From assembly GCA_037444445.1 (NCBI GenBank), contig JBBIMK010000004.1, forward strand, positions 1 through 32,000: a stretch of DNA of 32,000 bases, given 5' to 3'. Both the position numbers and the translations under genes were made by a program. The notes under the pieces were generated by a model. It was not told where the DNA came from. It made no database searches and saw only the letters and a program-made list of their open reading frames with translations. Below are positions 9,829-16,470 of this stretch, piece by piece; position 1 is the stretch's first letter; every line of letters begins with the position of its first letter. Source of the DNA: a bacterium (lineage in GTDB: Bacteria; UBP7; UBA6624; JBBIMK01).

Positions 9829-10768
9829 AGAATCTGCGGGGTGGCTTCCTTCTGCCATATCCGCGGCGAATCAAACGGCAGAGGAACGGCTTTTCATAGA
9901 CCATTTCCACGATTGGCTGACCATTCTTTTGAACCTCACCAAGTTCAAGATATCTCTTCTCGCCACCTTCACCACTGCCACCGGATATATCCTGTGCACC
10001 GGCCGGGTGACGACGCAAATTCTGGCGCCGGTCGCCGGCATTTTCCTTCTCGCCTGTGGTTCCTCTGCCTTGAACCACTACCAGGAAAACCGCATTGATG
10101 CCCGGATGGAAAGGACCTGGGCAAGACCTATTCCAGCCGGCAAAGTTACCCCACTTCTGGTACTGATTCTATCTTTCCTGTTGATTTTGACAGGCTCCCT
10201 CATTCTGCTTTACGGAGCCAATTCCAGTGCCCTCGCTCTGGGCAACTTCGCTGTTTTCTGGTATAACGGGGTGTACACGAGGCTGAAGCAGAAAACCGCT
10301 TTTGCAGTGTTTCCCGGTTCACTGGTGGGTGCTATCCCGCCGGCGGTAGGCTGGGTTGCCGCCGAAGGCTCCCTTTTTGACCCACGAATCCTTGCCCTCT
10401 GCCTCTTCTTCTTCCTCTGGCAGGTTCCACATTTCTGGCTCCTTTTACTCCTTTACGGCACTCAATACGAGAAAGCCGGCTTACCTTCCCTCACCCGGAT
10501 TTTCACGCGGGAGCAACTCATCCGAATCACCTATATCTGGATTATTGCCACTGCTGTTGCCAGCCTCTTTTTGCCCCTCTTCGGAGTGACTCAATCCCCT
10601 TTCACCACTGTTTCACTGCTCATCGGGGCAATAGGGCTGGTTTGGTGCGCTACGAAGTTTCTTTTCCTTCAAGGTAGCAATGCTTCCTTCCGCCCCGTCT
10701 TTCGGGTAATCAATCTCTTTGCTCTACTGGTGATGCTTCTATTGAGTCTGGATAGCCTTCTCTCCTAA
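9803..10768 (+). CDS. ctaB: Protoheme IX farnesyltransferase (heme O synthase)
   Basis: UbiA-type polytopic protein with NHYQENRIDARMERTWARP and the second Asp-rich region context. The only upstream in-frame start is TTG 9803, which overlaps ctaC by 26 nt, so the start is uncertain. Confidence 0.85.
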   Translation: MNSSRVSSKESAGWLPSAISAANQTAEERLFIDHFHDWLTILLNLTKFKISLLATFTTATGYILCTGRVTTQILAPVAGIFLLACGSSALNHYQENRIDARMERTWARPIPAGKVTPLLVLILSFLLILTGSLILLYGANSSALALGNFAVFWYNGVYTRLKQKTAFAVFPGSLVGAIPPAVGWVAAEGSLFDPRILALCLFFFLWQVPHFWLLLLLYGTQYEKAGLPSLTRIFTREQLIRITYIWIIATAVASLFLPLFGVTQSPFTTVSLLIGAIGLVWCATKFLFLQGSNASFRPVFRVINLFALLVMLLLSLDSLLS

Positions 10769-10977
10769 CCACCCGGCAGAACTGGTTTCTTCTCCTCGGC
10801 AGGTCCTGGAGCCTCTGGCGGTGTGACGGGCGCTTCTACTTGCGGTTTCGTGCGCAGCGCCTCCGCTTTCTGCTTCATCTCCGCCTCCATCTGCTTCCCC
10901 CTCATCCAGAATAACCCGAAAATGAGAATTCCTACCACGACCACGACACCGATAATCAAGCCGGCAGTTTTTGACAT
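10765..10977 (-). CDS. Small single-pass membrane protein, unknown function
   Basis: MSKTAGLIIGVVVVVGILIFGLFWMRGKQ... is followed by a charged, Pro-rich tail. A strong GGAGGTG lies 10 nt upstream of ATG 10977. Its stop overlaps the ctaB stop in convergent orientation. Confidence 0.5.
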   Translation of the reverse strand: MSKTAGLIIGVVVVVGILIFGLFWMRGKQMEAEMKQKAEALRTKPQVEAPVTPPEAPGPAEEKKPVLPGG

Positions 10978-11073
10978 CAGCCCGACACCTCCTCTCACTT
11001 TCAAGTTTACCACACTGGGGGTAGAAAATCAAGAGTGTAACCCTTGCGGAGATGAAATTGGCGGAATATGGTG

Positions 11074-11147
11074 TGGGCCTTCCTGGAGTCGAACCAGGGA
11101 CCTCGCCCTTATCAGGGGCGCGCTCTTGCCTGCTGAGCTAAAGGCCC
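11074..11147 (-). tRNA. tRNA-Ile (anticodon GAU)
   Basis: The reverse complement folds as a 74-nt cloverleaf: acceptor GGGCCTT/AAGGCCC, D-arm GCTC-AGCAGGCAA-GAGC, anticodon arm CGCCC-CTGATAA-GGGCG, variable loop AGGTC, T-arm CCTGG-TTCGACT-CCAGG, discriminator A. CCA is not encoded. Confidence 0.95.
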
Positions 11148-11169
11148 CCACTATGCCTGTGGCATCCTA

Positions 11170-11198
11170 ATTATAAATCAAATCCTCTACCGTTGAAA
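11170..11198 (-). promoter_or_regulatory. Possible promoter for tRNA-Ile (TTTCAA-N17-TATAAT)
   Basis: On the minus strand a perfect -10 TATAAT lies at 11175..11170, preceded by a 17-nt spacer and a weak -35 TTTCAA at 11198..11193. The site is about 25 nt upstream of the tRNA 5' end. Confidence 0.35.
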
Positions 11199-11281
11199 GA
11201 AATGAAAGATATTTTTCGTTTGCTGAATAAAATTCAACAACCTGCGGGGGCACAACAGTAAGAACCTGTGCCTGCAAAATG

Positions 11282-14200
11282 TTACGGGGGTAAGCACTGG
11301 GTAGTGGCGTTATAAAAACTGCCCGGTCGGCAGCGATTCCGACGAAATGCAGGCCACCGGACATCATTATTAGAGGTCGTGAGGGGGAATGTCCAGAGGG
11401 TGTGGAAGCGGAAGTCATCGGCGCCCAGCGTGATTTCCACATAGTTATCACCCGTCGCTTGATCCAGATTATCCACAGCGGTGGAGGAGAAGATGGGAAA
11501 GCCGAAATCCACGGGCCAGCCATTGATGATGGCGCAGCGATTATCCGGAGTTTGTGACGATGGAATCTGAGGTTTACAAAGATTAAAGAGAGGGTCACGG
11601 GGGTCGGTATGTGGGTGATTTTTGCCATCCCAGTAGAGGGCATAGAGTTTGCCATCAAAGGAGCCGATGATGATGTCCGGCTCCCCATCGCCGTCCACAT
11701 CGGCGATAGAGGGGGAGGCACGGACCACATCGTCGGTTTGGAAGGGCCAGCCATCATTCACACCATCATTGATGAGAACGCCCTGGAGTGCGACCATGCT
11801 CGCCAGACCATCAAAGGCGTAAATACTTCCGTTGTCCGAGCCAATCACCACATCCAGGAAGTTATCCCCGTTTAAGTCAGCGAAAGCGGGAGAGGATTCC
11901 ACAGTTCCACCCGTCTGGAAGAACTGACTGAAAGAGCCATCGCACTCCACGAGGTAGATATTGCCGTTGTCGGCGCCGAGAATAATTTCCGGACAGTTGT
12001 TCTGGTCAAAGTCGGCGATAGTGGGGGAGGAACGGAAGGAAGTTGTAGGGCAGACGGGGAAGCCGAAAATGGGCTCGCCGCCACCCTGAGACACGGGCCG
12101 CCCGCTGGCGTCCCAGGCGTAGATACAGCCGTTGGTGGCCGCCACAATCAAGTCCTGATACCCGTCAGGACCCCCCGGGTTATTCGGCTGTCCAATATCC
12201 GCCACCGCCGGAGACGCCCGAACCGGCACACCTATCTGCTTGGGATAACCTGAAAGGAAAGGTGGAGTATACAACATCACCGGCGATTGTGGCTCACATT
12301 GAGGGTCATTTACGAAGGGAATAAACATGGCATCCGGTTTGCCATCCTGAGCGCCGTAACCAGCAGGACCTGCCACATCCAGGAACCGCCAGATGGCAAT
12401 AATGCCGGATTCCGAGGCAGCCGCTACTTCTGGATACCCATCCGGATCCGGATCCCCTTGCAGGTTCACCACATCCAGCAGGGTTGGAGTTGCGGAAACG
12501 AAGCCGAGGAAATAGCCCAACTGGTGCGTGGTGAGTTGCGCCGCCAGCGTATGGGGAGAGTCACCCCAGCTCCTACCTTCCGAACGGATGACATAGACAG
12601 CATCCTGTCCACCGATAATGACCTGTTGGTCCACCATGCCATCCACCGCTACATTGTCGCTGACGAAGCACTCGTCTTCATCGGGATCGTAATAGAGATA
12701 ACAGTAGTGAGTATTTCCGCCGAGAGTATTTCCGCTTTCATCCATCAGGATACCCATGGTGGGAGATGACCGAAACGCTACCGTTCCACCCTGACCCGGG
12801 AAGGGAAAAGGTATGTCACAATAGCTGAAGAAGGGCAGAGAAGGGGGAAAATCACCTAAAAAGTTCAAGATGACCAATTCATCCGTTTGAGTCACGGGCC
12901 AGGTGGCAGGGTGAAAGCCAGTGCCGGCAAAATTTGCGCCACCGGGCGTGAACACATACACCCTCCCCCCATAATCTGCGCCTGCTATCTCTCGGACATT
13001 ATTGTTATTTGGAGGTGTGTTCAAATCTCCCGTGGCATTGGAAGACTTCACCCAACCCGTGGCACTCCGTGGCCAGGAGAAAGGCTTATAGGGTGGTGTT
13101 GCCCATGCCCGCACTTCGTCCGAGGGGTTGCTCTTCAAGTTTCCGCTGTCCACAGCCACCACCACATAGAAGTAGATTCCGCCATAGCAAACCTCGTCTA
13201 TCTCATTGAAATTGGCATCCCCATCACAGGGCCTGCTGTCGGTGTAGGATACGGTGGATTTATTCAGTGTAGCGATGCGGTTACTATCTACGACAGGAAC
13301 CGGGGAAGAGGTGGATTTATAGATTTCGTAGTGGTCTAAATCTGGCTCTGTGTTGGCTCTCCAGGTGAGGACCATAGAAGTTCCACCGCCTGGAAGGGGG
13401 CGGGGCGTGAGAACCACATCCTGGGGCGCTGACGGAGGCGTGTTCACGACGGAAGCATAGCCAGAATCCAGGGCAGAGGATAGCCCGCTCCGCCCCGCCG
13501 GGTTAAACGCTTCCACTTTATACCAGTAGACCGTGCCGGGAACCGCATTCCCGCCGTTTGCTGTTGTCAGGTCCCAATAGCACATATTGTCCGGAGGTAG
13601 ACCCGTGCAGGACTCTCCCGGCGGGAACAGGTCGGAGCCAATTTGCAGGTAGGGTCCAAAAGCAGATTGGGAACGGTAGAGGTGATAATACTGACCCGGG
13701 GCGTTGGGGTTCGTTACCAGGGGCCAGAAAACCTCAATACGGTCCGAAAAGGCACCATCACTGGCGGTGATAGAAGTGGGAGCCGAAGGGGCGGAGATGG
13801 AAGTCCGCCCCAGGTCCCCGTTCGTGGGCTTGAAATCGCTCCAGAGGGTCCCGCTGGGTGTATCTACCCCGGCACGGACTCTGAAATAATAATCCGACCC
13901 GGGAGTAATGGAGTTGTCGTCAAAAAAGAACTCCAGGTCAGGGTCGCTATCACAATTGACGGTGCCGGTAGGGGCTCCGGGAATATTCACATATCCAGAG
14001 GTGGGGTTGATAGAGCGCCAGACTTCGTAGCGGGTGGCGCCAAAAGAAGAGTCCCAGCAGACGCGGACCCGGTCTGGAAAGGGCGTGCACCCCTGTGGGT
14101 CGTTGGGGTCCGAGGCGCACACGAAATTCGGTGGATTCGGCGCCGCAGGCGCCGCATACCCGGTGTCTGGAGATGCATTGGGGCTGGAGCCAAAATTGTT

Positions 14201-16345
14201 CTTCGCCACCACGGTGTAGCAGAATGTGGTGCCGATGATGGCTGGAGGTTGAACATCATCAAAATAGTTCTGAGTGGCAGGAAGGTCGGGGCTAATGGGT
14301 GTGTAAACCGTAGAGGGGTTGCAAGGAACATCCCCGCGCAAAACCTGATAGGTGATCGCACCGGGTGTAACATTCCAGGTGATACGAACGATGCCCGGGC
14401 GTGTGGTATCCCCATCCGTGGCTTGCACTCCCGTAGGCGCGGGGGGAACGGGAGGAACGCCTCCCGCAAACCCCCAGCACTTCAACTCGTTCGTGTTCAG
14501 GTCCACCTCGCACTCGCTGAAATCAGAATCCAGATTTGCATCCACGCCCGCCGTCTTCACCCAGTAGTAGTACACCACACTCTGACTGACCTGGGAATCC
14601 TCGTATTCGTTCACATTGGGGGTGGCGATGAACAGGTCATTCGGCGATGGAGGAACAGGAGCCTGGGTCCGGTACACCTTGTAAAGGCTGAAACCGGACA
14701 CCGGGTCCCAGGTAATCTTGATGGCGGTATCAATCAAATTCCCGTTCGGGTCTACATAAGCACCCCGGGATGCCTGGACATTGGATGGTTTGACAGGCTT
14801 CCGCCAGCCCGGGTCAGTCGTAGAGGGGGCACTTAATCCGATGGGATTTCCTGCACGCACATAATAAGAATACTGAACGCCCTGCAGAGCCGTGGTATCC
14901 GAAAAGGTTACCGCAGGAGAGGCAACTTCTCCGATGGCTTGAAACCCGCTGGGGGGATTCTGTCGGCTCCGATAAATGCGATAGAAAGTGGCATTGGGAA
15001 CAGGATTCCAAGAGATGTCCACCCGGTCATCATAAAGCCCATCGGTGGCGCTCACCCCTGTGGGAACAGCTGGAGGCGTCTCCACCGCTGAGGTCGTGCC
15101 CACATCAGGGGCAGACAGGTCGCTGGCGCGATTGTTTATCACCACGCGAACCTTGTAATAAAATTGCGAACCCGGTGGAACAGGGTCATCATAGAGTTTG
15201 GCACCGGTAGTAACGATTATGCTATAAGAAGAATCTGGAGTCTGGGTGAGAGAGCGAAAGACTTCATAAGTGGCGTTCTGGTCCGACACCCAGGAAATCC
15301 GAATCACATTCGGAAAATCACCATCCGTAGCCTGAACATTGGTGGGAGGCAGAGGTTTTTTCCAGCCCTCATCCACAGCGGCGGACAGGTCGCCAAGAAA
15401 CGGATTATCGCAGGTATTATTGATTTCCCGACCGGATTTTACACGATAATAATACGATTGGGCAGGCTGGAGAACAGGGTCCTGGTCTTCATAAGCAGTG
15501 GTGGTGGTGAAAGCATTGATGGGTGCATAGGGACCACTGGGAGCAGGCGCTCGGTAGACCTGATAACAGGTGGCATTCACGACCGCCGACCACGACACCA
15601 CAACTTTGTTCGTGAACTCCCCGTCCGTCGCAGACACCGTTAGAGGAGGAGAAACCGGGCTGGTATTCAAGTAGCCCTGGGCTGGCTCGCTTTCCGGGCT
15701 TGCCCCGTATAAGTTGAAAGCCTGAACCCTGTAAAAATACGAAATGCCACCCTGTAATCCAGCGGTATCATCATACACATTCAGCGTCAGGTCGCCATCT
15801 AATTGAACCCACGAATTAGGGTCAGCAGGGGTCGTCGTTCGGAAAAGTCGGTAATGCGTGGCATCGGGAATGGGTAACCAGGTAATGTGAATTTTTTCGT
15901 AGAACTCTCCTCTGGATGCTTGCACGTTCTCAGGTTTGGGAGGAGGATTTCCACCGACATACCCGGAATCAAAGGAAATAGAGAGACCCGAGAACCCTGC
16001 CGCATTCCCCGCCTTTACCCTGTAATAATAGGTTTTCCCGGCTTCCGCGGTGGTGTCATCGTAAGATGTGGTGGCAACCGTCCCGCTCAACTGAGTATAG
16101 TTCAACTGGTTCAGGGAACGCCAGACTTGATAGACTGTAGCGCCCACGGAAGGGGTCCAGGAAATTTTTACCCGGTCAGTAAATACCCCTTTCGTCGCCG
16201 AGATAGAAGCCGGTGCCGCTGGCGGATTGGCAGATGGCTGGGGGCCACCCCCTCCACCCTGGTTACAACCCGTCCATATCAAAAGCCCTGCGCTCCCGAG
16301 TATTATTCCCGGGAAAATCCACCGAACTATTTTTGTATTTTTCAC
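11282..16345 (-). CDS. Giant lipoprotein-like surface protein (1687 aa): 10 Fn3-like domains plus an FG-GAP/VCBS-like beta-propeller
   Basis: GTG 16345 lies 8 nt after GGGAGG, while the ORF-track start GTG 16354 sits inside the SD. The signal peptide is MKNTKIVRWIFPGIILGSAGLLIWTGC-NQGGGGGP. Ten repeats follow the ..DG.F.D.V.ISW..V.GAT.Y.VYRS....Y..I....Y.D......YYY.V.A.N..G.S pattern. The C-terminal third has blades such as SSPAFADLNGDNFLDVVIGSDNGSIYAF and ASPSIADVDGDGEPDIIIGSFDGKLYAL. Confidence 0.85.
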   Translation of the reverse strand: MKNTKIVRWIFPGIILGSAGLLIWTGCNQGGGGGPQPSANPPAAPASISATKGVFTDRVKISWTPSVGATVYQVWRSLNQLNYTQLSGTVATTSYDDTTAEAGKTYYYRVKAGNAAGFSGLSISFDSGYVGGNPPPKPENVQASRGEFYEKIHITWLPIPDATHYRLFRTTTPADPNSWVQLDGDLTLNVYDDTAGLQGGISYFYRVQAFNLYGASPESEPAQGYLNTSPVSPPLTVSATDGEFTNKVVVSWSAVVNATCYQVYRAPAPSGPYAPINAFTTTTAYEDQDPVLQPAQSYYYRVKSGREINNTCDNPFLGDLSAAVDEGWKKPLPPTNVQATDGDFPNVIRISWVSDQNATYEVFRSLTQTPDSSYSIIVTTGAKLYDDPVPPGSQFYYKVRVVINNRASDLSAPDVGTTSAVETPPAVPTGVSATDGLYDDRVDISWNPVPNATFYRIYRSRQNPPSGFQAIGEVASPAVTFSDTTALQGVQYSYYVRAGNPIGLSAPSTTDPGWRKPVKPSNVQASRGAYVDPNGNLIDTAIKITWDPVSGFSLYKVYRTQAPVPPSPNDLFIATPNVNEYEDSQVSQSVVYYYWVKTAGVDANLDSDFSECEVDLNTNELKCWGFAGGVPPVPPAPTGVQATDGDTTRPGIVRITWNVTPGAITYQVLRGDVPCNPSTVYTPISPDLPATQNYFDDVQPPAIIGTTFCYTVVAKNNFGSSPNASPDTGYAAPAAPNPPNFVCASDPNDPQGCTPFPDRVRVCWDSSFGATRYEVWRSINPTSGYVNIPGAPTGTVNCDSDPDLEFFFDDNSITPGSDYYFRVRAGVDTPSGTLWSDFKPTNGDLGRTSISAPSAPTSITASDGAFSDRIEVFWPLVTNPNAPGQYYHLYRSQSAFGPYLQIGSDLFPPGESCTGLPPDNMCYWDLTTANGGNAVPGTVYWYKVEAFNPAGRSGLSSALDSGYASVVNTPPSAPQDVVLTPRPLPGGGTSMVLTWRANTEPDLDHYEIYKSTSSPVPVVDSNRIATLNKSTVSYTDSRPCDGDANFNEIDEVCYGGIYFYVVVAVDSGNLKSNPSDEVRAWATPPYKPFSWPRSATGWVKSSNATGDLNTPPNNNNVREIAGADYGGRVYVFTPGGANFAGTGFHPATWPVTQTDELVILNFLGDFPPSLPFFSYCDIPFPFPGQGGTVAFRSSPTMGILMDESGNTLGGNTHYCYLYYDPDEDECFVSDNVAVDGMVDQQVIIGGQDAVYVIRSEGRSWGDSPHTLAAQLTTHQLGYFLGFVSATPTLLDVVNLQGDPDPDGYPEVAAASESGIIAIWRFLDVAGPAGYGAQDGKPDAMFIPFVNDPQCEPQSPVMLYTPPFLSGYPKQIGVPVRASPAVADIGQPNNPGGPDGYQDLIVAATNGCIYAWDASGRPVSQGGGEPIFGFPVCPTTSFRSSPTIADFDQNNCPEIILGADNGNIYLVECDGSFSQFFQTGGTVESSPAFADLNGDNFLDVVIGSDNGSIYAFDGLASMVALQGVLINDGVNDGWPFQTDDVVRASPSIADVDGDGEPDIIIGSFDGKLYALYWDGKNHPHTDPRDPLFNLCKPQIPSSQTPDNRCAIINGWPVDFGFPIFSSTAVDNLDQATGDNYVEITLGADDFRFHTLWTFPLTTSNNDVRWPAFRRNRCRPGSFYNATTQCLPP
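13100..16216 (-). repeat. Array of ten tandem Fn3-like domain repeats (about 90-115 codons each) inside the 1687-aa gene
   Basis: The repeats are diverged at DNA level. At protein level they share I[ST]W, AT.Y.[VL][YWF]R, Y.D and YYY.V.A motifs at regular spacing, spanning residues about 47-1085 of the ORF-track protein. Confidence 0.75.
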
Positions 16346-16398
16346 TTCATCCACCTCCCTTCTTTTTTTCCTTCAGTGTAGCAAAGTTCCAGTGCTTA

Positions 16399-16470
16399 TT
16401 GCTTTTCCTCATTTCCTTTCTATTCCTCCTCATCCCTCTTCCCCTGTTCCCTCTTCCCTCCCCTTCTTCC
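16399..16470 (-). repeat. Polypurine (GA-rich) tract in the leader of the 1687-aa gene
   Basis: The plus strand here is almost pure pyrimidine (tgcttttcctcatttcctttctattcctcctcatccctcttcccctgttccctcttccctccccttcttcc). The mRNA sense is GGAAGAAGGGGAGGGAAGAGGGAACAGGGGAAGAGGGATGAGGAGGAA..., with many SD-like GGAGG/GAGG units. Confidence 0.8.

Noticed and set aside
11225-11275. Possible intrinsic terminator after the 1687-aa gene (GGCACA...TGTGCC).
   Set aside because: The stem is only 6 bp with a 12-nt loop, and the U-run is displaced by more than 10 nt. This is not convincing.
11167-11757. 196-aa minus-strand ORF overlapping the 3' end of the 1687-aa gene in another frame.
   Set aside because: It overlaps a well-supported propeller-coding frame. 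Its composition (Ser/Pro/Met-rich) is not protein-like, and it has no RBS.
13643-14836. Long plus-strand ORFs antisense to the giant genes. Examples are 13643..14836 (397 aa), 25351..26238 (295 aa), 17044..17715, 16213..16908, 12287..12769, 15164..15643 and 20101..20577.
   Set aside because: Their translations are Arg/Gly/Pro-rich and low in complexity. They have no SD and lie entirely inside long, motif-rich minus-strand genes. These are typical shadow ORFs of repeat-rich coding DNA.
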